From: an uncultured virus (IMG/VR IMGVR_UViG_3300031087_000513)
Lineage: Duplodnaviria; Heunggongvirae; Uroviricota; Caudoviricetes
Length of the DNA: 64,000 nt
Reading direction: 5' to 3' (one strand)
IMG/VR virus record: IMGVR_UViG_3300031087_000513
Part shown: in pieces, positions 17,653-26,648 of the stretch
How positions within the stretch are numbered: position 1 is the stretch's first letter
How the letters are laid out: every line of letters starts with the position of its first letter
Position numbers and translations under genes: made by a program
The notes under the pieces: model-generated
Told to the model about the DNA's origin: nothing
Seen by the model: only the letters and a program-made list of their open reading frames with translations
Databases searched by the model: none

Positions 17653-18510
17653 CTACAGATGAGTGCTGAACATCATAAGCGAGTGACCAAGGATGCGACT
17701 CCTGTCTTCATCTGCGACACGATTCTCTAAGACACTTTCATCCTCAGCTTTGAGCCAAAACCGTGAGGAACCTCCTCCATCTAAGTTGAGCAATGTTTGC
17801 AAATTCAAGTAGGTTCCGAACTCCTGCAACTGTGGAAGACTGATTCCAGCGCTTCCGCCTGCCCCTTCGCCTTCCGCTACGATGAACACCAGTTCGTCGC
17901 TCTGTGAGGCTCCTACGGCCGTTCTGGCATGATTCTCGAGGCCATGACCAAGGAAGCTGGGTGGATTGACTACTCCCTCAGCGACAGGAGTTACCTCTTC
18001 AACAGGAAGGCTCAGTTGTATTCCATCATGAATGAGTAAAGGTCTGCTGCTCAACACATACTTACTCTCAGAAGGGCGCGTATCCAAGATTTCCCAGTTG
18101 CCATCGTCATCTTTCACAAGATAGCCATTGAGCGTCTCGTACATGATGTCTGAGTAGATGTTGTCACGAATTTTCACATACCCTACTGGATCACCAACCT
18201 CATACAAGTCATGCTGCCATTCATAGAAGCGTTTGCGATAATGGTTGTACGTTCCGTTGATAATGAACCGCAGATCAAGCTGTGACTTGACTAACTCATC
18301 CAATGTCCCGCCTTCACCAATATGATTGCTTTGTTGATTCGGAGCGAGAGCCTCAGAACTTTTAGATGCAATGAGTTTCAAATGCTTATGTTGCTGCGGG
18401 TATGTGATGACATGCAGAGTACTTGACTGTTTGTTTTCTTCAAACAGAAATTCTGCATAACGAAGGCCATCTAAGCCTTCATTGATTACCTTGACTTGTC
18501 TGATGTTCAT
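17653..18510 (-). CDS. phosphodiester glycosidase (NAGPA-like) family protein
   Basis: INGTY, ARTAVG, LNLDGGGS; GAGGT RBS before Met at 18510. Confidence 0.8.
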   Translation of the reverse strand: MNIRQVKVINEGLDGLRYAEFLFEENKQSSTLHVITYPQQHKHLKLIASKSSEALAPNQQSNHIGEGGTLDELVKSQLDLRFIINGTYNHYRKRFYEWQHDLYEVGDPVGYVKIRDNIYSDIMYETLNGYLVKDDDGNWEILDTRPSESKYVLSSRPLLIHDGIQLSLPVEEVTPVAEGVVNPPSFLGHGLENHARTAVGASQSDELVFIVAEGEGAGGSAGISLPQLQEFGTYLNLQTLLNLDGGGSSRFWLKAEDESVLENRVADEDRSRILGHSLMMFSTHL

Positions 18511-18593
18511 CGTTACCTCAACACATATCGTATCACAAAAATTGCAGCGTTTCCTTCTTGCAAACAGTGATTGTATTTGGTACAATCAGTTTC

Positions 18594-19046
18594 ATGTATG
18601 TGTACCGTATTGGAAGACCCACCCCAAAAGAAGAGATAGCCAATACATGTTCGCGTGCATTTGACAAAGCCCAGCCCATCCCAAATCATTGCTCGCCCAG
18701 GTCTGAAAGTGTGTACGCCAGTCTCAGCCAGACTTTCGCAAAATGGTGGTTCCGTTACCGGCTGAATGAAAGACGAGACACGACGCTTTATCGTATTGAA
18801 GTACCAGCTGATGTTCCCGTCTATGCCTATGAAATCAGATGGTACAACTACGTGCATGGCAGGCATGAGGATGAAGAAATGCCGACTGATGAACGGATGG
18901 CTGTGCATGCTTATTGGGATTCAGCAGAACTCATTCACGATATTGACAACCACGAGTCAGCCTACATGGAAGTTCTCATCCCATACGATATCGCTAAGAA
19001 CCTGACCTGGGAACAAATTCCTTATCCTGTGGAGGAAGTGTGGTAG
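18594..19046 (+). CDS. hypothetical protein, possible ART-fold (DUF2441-like)
   Basis: VYR...PRSESVYAS...LYRIEV...YW...EVLI; TTGCAA-17-TACAAT promoter upstream. Confidence 0.5.
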   Translation: MYVYRIGRPTPKEEIANTCSRAFDKAQPIPNHCSPRSESVYASLSQTFAKWWFRYRLNERRDTTLYRIEVPADVPVYAYEIRWYNYVHGRHEDEEMPTDERMAVHAYWDSAELIHDIDNHESAYMEVLIPYDIAKNLTWEQIPYPVEEVW

Positions 19047-19077
19047 AATTAGTTCCCAACGGCAGAAAAGGCTAAGC

Positions 19078-19479
19078 ATGCGTACAGATACTCTTTTTGA
19101 AGTCCGCCCACCACAGTTACATGTTACTCATTTGAGAACTGTGGAAGACCTGACAGAGTTCTACAATGAAATCATTGCAGGCAAGCTCTCAGTGCTAGAA
19201 TACTGGACCGCTTCTCGTTATGAGACCTTTGCCACGTACAGCTCCAAGACTCTCAAAATGGATGATAAAGGGCTGTCAACTGAAGAAGTTCGCTCCGAGT
19301 ATGGAAACTCCTTTAGTTACACCACGCATTACATTGCCAAAGTTGGCGATTATGTCATTCAGGATGTCCGCGGTAAATGCCAAGTTAGCGATAGCCCGTT
19401 TACTGAAACAAACATTCCAGAACGCTGGAAGAAGAACCGAGTTGTCATGATTTATAATGAAGACTCATCAGATATCTAA
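19078..19479 (+). CDS. hypothetical protein, paralog family D
   Basis: FEVRPP, LSVL, GDYVI, IPERWK. Confidence 0.7.
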   Translation: MRTDTLFEVRPPQLHVTHLRTVEDLTEFYNEIIAGKLSVLEYWTASRYETFATYSSKTLKMDDKGLSTEEVRSEYGNSFSYTTHYIAKVGDYVIQDVRGKCQVSDSPFTETNIPERWKKNRVVMIYNEDSSDI

Positions 19480-19511
19480 GACTCCGTTTCACAGATTGAA
19501 GGAAGCAAATT

Positions 19512-19895
19512 ATGTTCGCAGGTAAAACCTTTGAAGCTCGCCCACCTAAGGTTGATGTAGCACGGATCAAAGAGGAAGACTTGAAGACACTCTATTACCT
19601 CCTGACTGAGAAGGAGCTTTCTGTCTTAGTTTACCCCTCTCGTTACGGTGAACGTTTTGAAACATACAACTCTCATAACCTGACTTTGGATAAGACAGGT
19701 ATTATTGTTGATGTAGGTGAGGGACCGCGCTATCTGATTCACGCAGGAGACCACATCATCTTTGGCTCCAACCGGCGCTGCGAGGTTCTTCCACTTGGAG
19801 ACAGGGAAGTCACAGCTGAGGATATCCCTGCTCGTTGGAAAGAGAATGCTTTCGTTAAAGTCAGCAGCCAAAAGTCTTGGGAAACTTGGACTTGA
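19512..19895 (+). CDS. hypothetical protein, paralog family D
   Basis: FEARPP, LSVL, GDHII, IPARWK. Confidence 0.7.
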   Translation: MFAGKTFEARPPKVDVARIKEEDLKTLYYLLTEKELSVLVYPSRYGERFETYNSHNLTLDKTGIIVDVGEGPRYLIHAGDHIIFGSNRRCEVLPLGDREVTAEDIPARWKENAFVKVSSQKSWETWT

Positions 19896-19919
19896 CAAGA
19901 CCTTCTGACGTGGTATAGT
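19892..19919 (+). promoter_or_regulatory. sigmaA-type promoter
   Basis: TTGACA-16-TATAGT with TG extension; strong AGGAGG RBS downstream. Confidence 0.6.
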
Positions 19920-19955
19920 CACAGTATCAACTACCAAACGAAAGGAGGAGGCATC

Positions 19956-20501
19956 ATGTTGTTGCTTCGAGTGCAAGCTGGTTCGCATCTGTACGGTTAC
20001 GCAACGGATGCTTCCGACGACGACTATTTTGAGGTTCACACGGAACCGTTCATGATTGCTACGCGGGACGCGCCTCGGCAGGCCCGTCAGACCATTGTGG
20101 ACGGTATTGATACCTTGCAGATGACGTTCTCCAACTTCATGGAACGCGCTGCTGCGGGTTCACATCAGGCGTTGGATGCGATGTTCGCAGCAGAGCCTAT
20201 TGTTGACCACATCAGTGCACTGCGAGCTTCTTACCGTACGGGTTATGAAGTTGTTCCTGCATACGAGCGCATCATCACGAAGTTTGCTGCGCAGACGGGT
20301 TTCCGTAAGCAGCGTCATGCTTTGCGTGCACTGTTCAACTTGCAGGACATGCTGGATGTTGGTCGGTACCAGCCTGAACTGTCCGCTGAGCGTATTGCAT
20401 TCATCAATGAGAAGGCCCACCTTCCCTATGTTGAGTTCCGTGAACTGCTCATTCAGCTCTCCCCGATTGAACTTGCCCATGCTCTTCCTGAGCAGGTGTA
20501 A
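19956..20501 (+). CDS. DNA polymerase beta-superfamily nucleotidyltransferase (RlaP-like)
   Basis: GSHLYGYATDASDDD motif and C-terminal HALR helix. Confidence 0.8.
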   Translation: MLLLRVQAGSHLYGYATDASDDDYFEVHTEPFMIATRDAPRQARQTIVDGIDTLQMTFSNFMERAAAGSHQALDAMFAAEPIVDHISALRASYRTGYEVVPAYERIITKFAAQTGFRKQRHALRALFNLQDMLDVGRYQPELSAERIAFINEKAHLPYVEFRELLIQLSPIELAHALPEQV

Positions 20502-20510
20502 CAATCACAA

Positions 20511-20564
20511 AATAAGTTTGTCCTTGACATCATTTGATGGTATGATGTCAAGGACAAACTTATT
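20511..20564. terminator. 23-bp-arm hairpin overlapping a putative promoter
   Basis: aataagtttgtccttgacatcat...atgatgtcaaggacaaacttatt; contains TTGTCC-17-TATGAT. Confidence 0.65.
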
Positions 20565-20579
20565 AACGGAGAAATGCAC

Positions 20580-21041
20580 ATGAGTGAAGTTTACTTGGTT
20601 GAGCGGAACCATTATGGTCAGCATATTAAAGCTGGTGAAGTTTTCACAGACAAAGCAACAGCTCAGTCGTTCGCCGATGCTGCAAATGAGTATCTCAAAA
20701 TTGTGTATCCCACTTACACTGATGCAATTGCAAACCGTGTTGTAGCAATGCCTTCTATCGAAGGTTCAAAGGAGTATGAGATGCTTCTCACCGCACCAGT
20801 TGTACATTCTCCTCAACGCCTCATTGAATCAGGAGTTGAGCCTGACGAGTACTACCTCGCTACCCCTGGATATAATCTCGTTGAAAAGGGGACTCCTGTT
20901 CCTGAACCTGAGGTCCAGAATCCTGCTGATTATAACCCTTCACTCTGGCCGTATTGGAGCGTGACGCTTTATGCTCACACGATGGATGAGCTAAGTGAGC
21001 TTGCCCAGCCATACATCGACAAATTCAACGCTACATTGTAG
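20580..21041 (+). CDS. hypothetical protein, paralog family E
   Basis: GEVFTDKATAQ...WSVTLYA. Confidence 0.7.
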   Translation: MSEVYLVERNHYGQHIKAGEVFTDKATAQSFADAANEYLKIVYPTYTDAIANRVVAMPSIEGSKEYEMLLTAPVVHSPQRLIESGVEPDEYYLATPGYNLVEKGTPVPEPEVQNPADYNPSLWPYWSVTLYAHTMDELSELAQPYIDKFNATL

Positions 21042-21042
21042 A

Positions 21043-21094
21043 AGAACTGTGGAAGACCCAATCAATAAAGCATGTTGGGTCTTCCACAGTTCTT
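21043..21094. terminator. hairpin terminator
   Basis: aagaactgtggaagacccaa...ttgggtcttccacagttctt. Confidence 0.75.
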
Positions 21095-21121
21095 TCCTAT
21101 TTCAGAACAAAGGATTCTAAA

Positions 21122-21367
21122 ATGAAAATTCAGACACTACCAGTCAACGATCAAGTTATGCTCATCCAATCCATGAGAAAAGAATTAGTGCGCACCGTTG
21201 ATGAAGCGGGAAGCATTGACGTAAACATTGCATGTCGTCAAGTAGCCCGGACATTACAGGTCCCGCGAGCGACTGTTCGTTACGGATTGACTGAGGCGAC
21301 AGTAGACAAACATATTCAGGTTGATCGCAAAACTTCCACACTCCATTCAATCAAAGGAAAACGATAA
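21122..21367 (+). CDS. small basic protein, possible winged HTH
   Basis: VARTLQVPRATVRYGL; AAGGA RBS. Confidence 0.5.
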   Translation: MKIQTLPVNDQVMLIQSMRKELVRTVDEAGSIDVNIACRQVARTLQVPRATVRYGLTEATVDKHIQVDRKTSTLHSIKGKR

Positions 21368-21852
21368 TGCCAATTGACGAAGAAATTTTAGAACAGCCAG
21401 TATATGAACTCGCTCGCTTTGATGGAGGAGAATATACTCACCAATACGGTGAATACTTTACTGACAAAGATCAGGCTGAGCAGGTAGCAAAACTTCTCAA
21501 TGAAGAAGACCAATACAATCATGTGTCTTACTCTGATGGTTGGACTGTTCTGCAAATTGAAACAATATCTCCGAATGCCGCCTTTTTTCTTGTTTATAAT
21601 GTAACCCTTGTCAACAAGGCTTGGTATAAAGAGCCAATTGAGGGTAAATATGAAGCAGGAGAATACAAATCAAAAGTTGTCCAAAGCTTCTTGCCTTTTG
21701 ATGAGGCATACCAGTATGATGAAGGTGTATGGAAAGACCGATGGGAAGTAACTCTTTGGGCAAAAACTCCTGAGGAGCTTCAAATCCGCATTGAGGAAGT
21801 ACTTGCCCGCTTGAATGAAACCAATGACCCAGGTGCCCTTCGTATTATCTGA
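21367..21852 (+). CDS. hypothetical protein, paralog family E
   Basis: QYGEYFTDKDQAEQVA...WEVTLWA. Confidence 0.72.
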   Translation: MPIDEEILEQPVYELARFDGGEYTHQYGEYFTDKDQAEQVAKLLNEEDQYNHVSYSDGWTVLQIETISPNAAFFLVYNVTLVNKAWYKEPIEGKYEAGEYKSKVVQSFLPFDEAYQYDEGVWKDRWEVTLWAKTPEELQIRIEEVLARLNETNDPGALRII

Positions 21853-21896
21853 ACCTTACATCGTCTACACTCTATAATAAGCAGAAAACAATACCC

Positions 21897-22376
21897 ATGC
21901 CAAGTACAAACACCACATACAAAGTAGTCAGTCATGTCGCCGGCACCTCAGATACTTACCAACATGATGAGATTTTTGAGAGCAAAGAGCAGGCTGAGAA
22001 AATCGCAACATTATTAGAGGAACGTGATGAATACAACTTCTCTCGCATCCCTCGGAAATGGACTGTTGAGGAAAATGTAACTACTACGTCTGAATCATCC
22101 TATTTCATTGCTTATTCAATGCTCATTGAACCTAGTATTAGGTTATGGGAAGATGGAAGTCGTTTCGTTGATTATTTCATCCGGAGCCACCGAGCTGAAC
22201 TGGTCAAAGACTTCATCCCCGAAGATATTGCAGAAAAAGGAGAAGTTGGCGGACTCCCAGCCTGGACAGTAAAAGTATATGATGCGACAGTTCACGATGT
22301 GAGAATACGGGCATCATATATGAAGAAACATCTAGGTGCGGGTGATAACCCAACAGAATATTTCAATCGGAGGTAA
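21897..22376 (+). CDS. hypothetical protein, paralog family E
   Basis: QHDEIFESKEQAEKIA...WTVEEN...WTVKVYD. Confidence 0.72.
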   Translation: MPSTNTTYKVVSHVAGTSDTYQHDEIFESKEQAEKIATLLEERDEYNFSRIPRKWTVEENVTTTSESSYFIAYSMLIEPSIRLWEDGSRFVDYFIRSHRAELVKDFIPEDIAEKGEVGGLPAWTVKVYDATVHDVRIRASYMKKHLGAGDNPTEYFNRR

Positions 22377-22379
22377 GAT

Positions 22380-22439
22380 ATGACTTGGGTGGGTCAGGTT
22401 AAGTTTTGGAAGCTCTTAACCTGACCTATCTAAGTCATA
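22380..22439 (+). terminator. long hairpin with G-U pairs
   Basis: atgacttgggtgggtcaggttaag...cttaacctgacctatctaagtcat. Confidence 0.65.
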
Positions 22440-22570
22440 AAATAGTCACGACAGTAATACGTAGTGACTTGACCAATGATTTCAAATTATACCAGTCACC
22501 CTGTTCCAATGATATTAGCAATAGAAACTATTGTTATTCTCTCTAACAAACAGAGTGTGAACCGTGCAGC

Positions 22571-23008
22571 TCACAGAACCGGCTTTTCTCTATTCCAAAT
22601 AGAATCAAAATCCATTCGCGCTAAATCTACGATAGGTTTTGGCACTTCAAGAGCATCCTCTCTGGTAGCAGCGAAGCTTATTGCATAGTCAAGTAAGTAT
22701 TTAATACCTTCATATCCTTCCGATCCACATACTGATACCAGGGTGCGATACTGACTGTCAAGTTTTTCCGCTGCATCCTTAGCATCATAAAATCCACTGC
22801 CTTCTAGGTGTTTTACCTGCAAGCATATCTCGTACTTTTTCCCAGTTGGTTTGATTTGACAAATATCATTCCATTTAGCGAAAGCGTCACTGAGTAATTG
22901 CTCAAATTCATATCTTTCGTTAGCTCTGAAGTAATCATTTATTTTACCTAAGAGTTCTTCGCGTTCATCATTCATACTGTCCCTTTTCTGATACACAATT
23001 GTTCTCAC
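22571..23008 (-). CDS. hypothetical protein (AT-rich)
   Basis: 145-aa ORF; start may be MNDERE. Confidence 0.55.
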   Translation of the reverse strand: MRTIVYQKRDSMNDEREELLGKINDYFRANERYEFEQLLSDAFAKWNDICQIKPTGKKYEICLQVKHLEGSGFYDAKDAAEKLDSQYRTLVSVCGSEGYEGIKYLLDYAISFAATREDALEVPKPIVDLARMDFDSIWNREKPVL

Positions 23009-23242
23009 ATCTTTTTCAGTATAAGGGAACTCCGTCTTTGATTGCCAGAAATAGCTTTTAGCGCTTACCCACCTATAGAAAGATCACCAGCAGGGATTTG
23101 CCTATCATGTCACTGGTTGACGAAGCTTGAGACTTCTGGTAATATTGAAGTCAGGAAAAGATGAGAAACCAATGATTAAGGTGAACTTCGTATCATCTCA
23201 TTAGACACCTCCTTAACGCTACAAGAAATGAAGGCCGCAATC

Positions 23243-23728
23243 ATGTCAAGCGAAAGCACCGCATACAAGGTAGTGACCCGAGGCGGGGAACTGTTTGACG
23301 AAAACCATCAGCATGGTGAAGTTTTTGAAGACAGGGAACAGGCTGAGAAGGTCGCTGAGCTCTTGAATGCACGCGATAAGCACAACCATCCTCGCCAATC
23401 CCGAACTTGGACTTGGACTGTCGAGGAGAACGCAACTGCACCTACTGAGTCAATCTACTTCGTTGTATACTCAGTGCGCATTGAAACATACGTTGACGAA
23501 CGAGAAGACGGAAGCGTAAGGTATGTCTATGTTCGCAGTGGTCCCAATGCAGAGCTTGCCAAAGACTCTATTCCTGAGGACGTTGCCCAGAAGGTAGACT
23601 CTGACGGTCGTTCAACTTGGGATGTAACAGTCTACGATACAACAGTTGATGGAGCAAAAGAGCGTGCACAGCAGATGCGAGGTTGGATGGAGCTGGGAGA
23701 CCCCACAGTACATCTCAACCAGAGGTGA
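23243..23728 (+). CDS. hypothetical protein, paralog family E
   Basis: QHGEVFEDREQAEKVA...WTVEEN...WDVTVYD. Confidence 0.72.
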   Translation: MSSESTAYKVVTRGGELFDENHQHGEVFEDREQAEKVAELLNARDKHNHPRQSRTWTWTVEENATAPTESIYFVVYSVRIETYVDEREDGSVRYVYVRSGPNAELAKDSIPEDVAQKVDSDGRSTWDVTVYDTTVDGAKERAQQMRGWMELGDPTVHLNQR

Positions 23729-24102
23729 GAGAATTGGGACAGCTACTCTTCTGCTGTTCCAATTCCTTTGTTCCAGTGAACTTCCTGACAAAGCTTGTTA
23801 GGAAGTGAACAGGAAGTAAACGGACCGATAAATTATAGTGTCCTATTAGAAGAGTCTTCAATGGCGCAGGCCCAAAACCAGCAAACTCAAAGGTTCCTGA
23901 ATTATGCCAACTGAAACTCAAACTCGTCCTACAACAACTCATCCTGCTACTGTTCCAATGAGTCTGGAAACAGAAGCTATTGTCATCATCTCCAACAACT
24001 AGGTTGTTCTTCTGAACTCAACCATCCCACTATTGGGGGTTGAGTGCAAGCTTTCTCTTCTTATCGCTCATCCTGGAAGTTTCCTGGGATTTGATGCGAC
24101 GG

Positions 24103-24131
24103 TTGACACTCCTATGTTCTTCTGGTACTGT
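24103..24131 (+). promoter_or_regulatory. sigmaA-type promoter
   Basis: TTGACA-17-TACTGT with TG extension. Confidence 0.6.
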
Positions 24132-24157
24132 TACAACCAAGAAGAGAGGAGAAACCA

Positions 24158-24982
24158 ATGACTAGCAACGTTATCTTCCTGCGGAAGGCCCGCAGCACCC
24201 GCTCCACGTGGGATTACATGTCGAGCACTGACAAGGGACAGATGGTTGTCTCTGACGGCGACCTGGCCATGCAGATGGGTATGGTCATTGAGAAGCTTGT
24301 CGCTTTCGGTGACACGGTTACCGTCGTTTCTCCTCAGCTGAACTCGCGTACCCGTGAGGACCTGGCTGTGCTGTTCCCGAGCATGCACTTCATGCCCATT
24401 ACGGAGAACAGCATCAACGGTTTCTTTGAGCGTTCGTTCTCACAGACGGTTTCGCGTCGTCGTGCGAACCAGAACATTTTTTACATCGGTTCGGACGCAT
24501 CTGGAGGCCACATTGACGCTCGTACGAACGAGATGGTTCCTGCTGTTTGGGCCTGGTGCGCAGACGGTGTGAACGGTTCGTACGATTTCGGCTACTCGGG
24601 GGATGTGAACGTGAACGTTTCCGAGTTTGAGGGTATCGCTAACGCTGTTGTTGCGAACGCAGACAACCCTGCCGCACGCATTCATGTGTTCTCGGACAGC
24701 GCTAACGCAGTTGACATGTTCAACTACGACGTTGCTGAGGGTATCATCCCTCGTGAGGCTCGCAAGTACGGTCTGGTTGGTATCGCTAAGGATGCTATGG
24801 AGGTCATGAAGGCTCGGCCTGTAACGGTTGAGTGGGTCAAGGGTCACCGTCAGCACCGTTTGAACAACATCGCTGACAGCATTTCTCGCCACGCGCGTGT
24901 TCGTTTCATGGCTGGTTTTGTTGCAGATGATTTCGTTCGGGAGACCGACGCACTGTACGCAGTGTTCAACCGCAACGCATAG
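24158..24982 (+). CDS. RNase HI-domain protein with N-terminal extension
   Basis: SDAS, N.SEFEG, VFSDS, EWVKGH, N.IAD (D-E-D-D set). Confidence 0.85.
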   Translation: MTSNVIFLRKARSTRSTWDYMSSTDKGQMVVSDGDLAMQMGMVIEKLVAFGDTVTVVSPQLNSRTREDLAVLFPSMHFMPITENSINGFFERSFSQTVSRRRANQNIFYIGSDASGGHIDARTNEMVPAVWAWCADGVNGSYDFGYSGDVNVNVSEFEGIANAVVANADNPAARIHVFSDSANAVDMFNYDVAEGIIPREARKYGLVGIAKDAMEVMKARPVTVEWVKGHRQHRLNNIADSISRHARVRFMAGFVADDFVRETDALYAVFNRNA

Positions 24983-24990
24983 AACCCAGC

Positions 24991-25030
24991 AAGGAAGGGC
25001 TGACCTAAGGGATTAGGTCAGCCCTTCCTT
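24991..25030. terminator. hairpin terminator
   Basis: aaggaagggctgacctaa-ggga-ttaggtcagcccttcctt. Confidence 0.75.
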
Positions 25031-25070
25031 CATTTGTGCTATCATAATGTCATTGACATAGGAGAAACTC

Positions 25071-25199
25071 ATGACTGATATCACAGACCCGTATAATCGC
25101 ATTCCTGGTTTGATCGTGTATGATTTGACTCGCCCCGAAGAGCGCATCATGTATACGATTGCTATGGCTACTGGAAAGTCAATGGTCGCAGCTTCTTGA
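25071..25199 (+). CDS. 42-aa small protein (not in ORF track)
   Basis: AGGAGA RBS, MTDITDPYNRIPG...; flanked by two terminators. Confidence 0.5.
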   Translation: MTDITDPYNRIPGLIVYDLTRPEERIMYTIAMATGKSMVAAS

Positions 25200-25204
25200 A
25201 AGGC

Positions 25205-25259
25205 AAACATGAAGGGAGGGTGAGACCCTAAAAATGGGTCTCACCCTCCCTTCATGTTT
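25205..25259. terminator. bidirectional hairpin, 24-bp arms
   Basis: aaacatgaagggagggtgagaccc...gggtctcaccctcccttcatgttt. Confidence 0.8.
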
Positions 25260-25912
25260 TAGTTGGAGTGACTCTTCAACCATGCCTGGTTCTTATCCAG
25301 GCGCTTCTGAACATTCTGCGTATTCTGTTCAGCACGGTCGTAGGTGTTCTGAGCCTGCTGCAAAGCTCGCTCAGCGGCCTTCTGCTCCTTCTGCATTTTA
25401 GTCACATCACGCTTCAATGCTGCATGCTGTGCTTCACGCGCCTGCTTTCGGACATACTGCGAAACTGCAATAGGGTCGTTGCGGAAAAGACTTGTAGGGA
25501 GAGACATCTTCCCCTTGCTCGTCTGGAAGACATAGTGAGGGTTCTCCTCACCCAGAGCATGGGAAATACCCAGCACAGTTGCATCACTGGGGATAGTGAG
25601 CTTACGATGCATCTCGCTAACAATCGCAGGCTCGTGAATGAACTTGCGCAGCGTGTTGTACACAACAACGTTATACAGACTAATAGCGGCACCGTGCGCG
25701 GCACGGGAAGCATTGAGCTGCGTCAGGGCCTCCTGTCGCTTCTCTTCCAGCTCCTGCTGCTGCTTTTCAACTTCTCGTTGAGCAGCATAGAAAGCTCGCT
25801 TTGCAACGCTCAGCTGTTCCTGCTGTTCCTGAGACTGTTTTGCCCACTGCTTCTGGATGTCACCAGACTCAATAGCGAAAGCGTTCAGGGGGTCAATAGT
25901 TGTGGTCGTCAT
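25259..25912 (-). CDS. coiled-coil hypothetical protein
   Basis: Q/E/A-rich heptads; AAGGAAG RBS. Confidence 0.7.
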   Translation of the reverse strand: MTTTTIDPLNAFAIESGDIQKQWAKQSQEQQEQLSVAKRAFYAAQREVEKQQQELEEKRQEALTQLNASRAAHGAAISLYNVVVYNTLRKFIHEPAIVSEMHRKLTIPSDATVLGISHALGEENPHYVFQTSKGKMSLPTSLFRNDPIAVSQYVRKQAREAQHAALKRDVTKMQKEQKAAERALQQAQNTYDRAEQNTQNVQKRLDKNQAWLKSHSN

Positions 25913-26031
25913 GATTTGTTCTTCCTTAGAATTTTGAATAAATGAGTGTGAGGTTTGAATTACTGCTCAGCTCATTAGGAAGAATCCATGAACGGGATAA
26001 ACGTCTAGTAGAATGTCGTTGTCATGGTTGT

Positions 26032-26115
26032 ACTGTACCACAGCATATACAAACCTGTCAAGTATCTCTTTTTGGAGGTTCGTTTGTTGACAACGTATGA
26101 GATGGAGTGTACTGT
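26032..26115. promoter_or_regulatory. divergent sigmaA-type promoter pair
   Basis: plus strand TTGACA(26087)-17-TACTGT; minus strand TTGACA(26061)-18-TACAGT. Confidence 0.6.
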
Positions 26116-26153
26116 GAGTGTTGTACTTATCCACTTGATTTAGGAAGCTTCTC

Positions 26154-26570
26154 ATGATTGTCTTTGACATTGATGACACCATCTCCCCGACCCGTCCGCC
26201 GAAGGACTGGGATGTGGAGCATGAGACGCATAACATCATGTGGGGTGCCATCAAGATTCCTGTCTATATTTTGGATTTCCTTCGCTCCCGTGATGACATT
26301 GCGCTTCTCAGTACTTGGGGTTCTGGTTCACAGAAGATTGCAGATGGGTTCGGTTTCAAGGCGAAGATTCTGCTTATTGATGAGGAAGATTTGGGTGTTG
26401 ATGGTAAGTATCACATCATTCAAGATTTGGGTTCTGAGGTCACTGCTTGGATTGATGACCACATGACAACGAAAATGATGAAGGCTTTGGAAGCTGAGGG
26501 TGTCACTGTCATCAAGCCGCGAAGGGGAGTTATTACTGAGCAGGAGATTGACTCGCTCCGCAACCTGTAA
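26154..26570 (+). CDS. HAD-superfamily hydrolase
   Basis: FDIDDT motif I, LSTW, WIDD. Confidence 0.75.
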   Translation: MIVFDIDDTISPTRPPKDWDVEHETHNIMWGAIKIPVYILDFLRSRDDIALLSTWGSGSQKIADGFGFKAKILLIDEEDLGVDGKYHIIQDLGSEVTAWIDDHMTTKMMKALEAEGVTVIKPRRGVITEQEIDSLRNL

Positions 26571-26577
26571 CTGAAAA

Positions 26578-26616
26578 TGAGAAAGGCCCTGACATCTATG
26601 TGCAGGGCCTTTCTCA
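26578..26616. terminator. hairpin terminator
   Basis: tgagaaaggccctg...cagggcctttctca. Confidence 0.65.
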
Positions 26617-26648
26617 GCTGAAAGGGTATTATGTAGTAAAATAAGAGG

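Noticed and set aside
25071..25199. ATGKS as a Walker A motif
   Set aside because: The 42-aa ORF is too short for an NTPase and the motif is incomplete.
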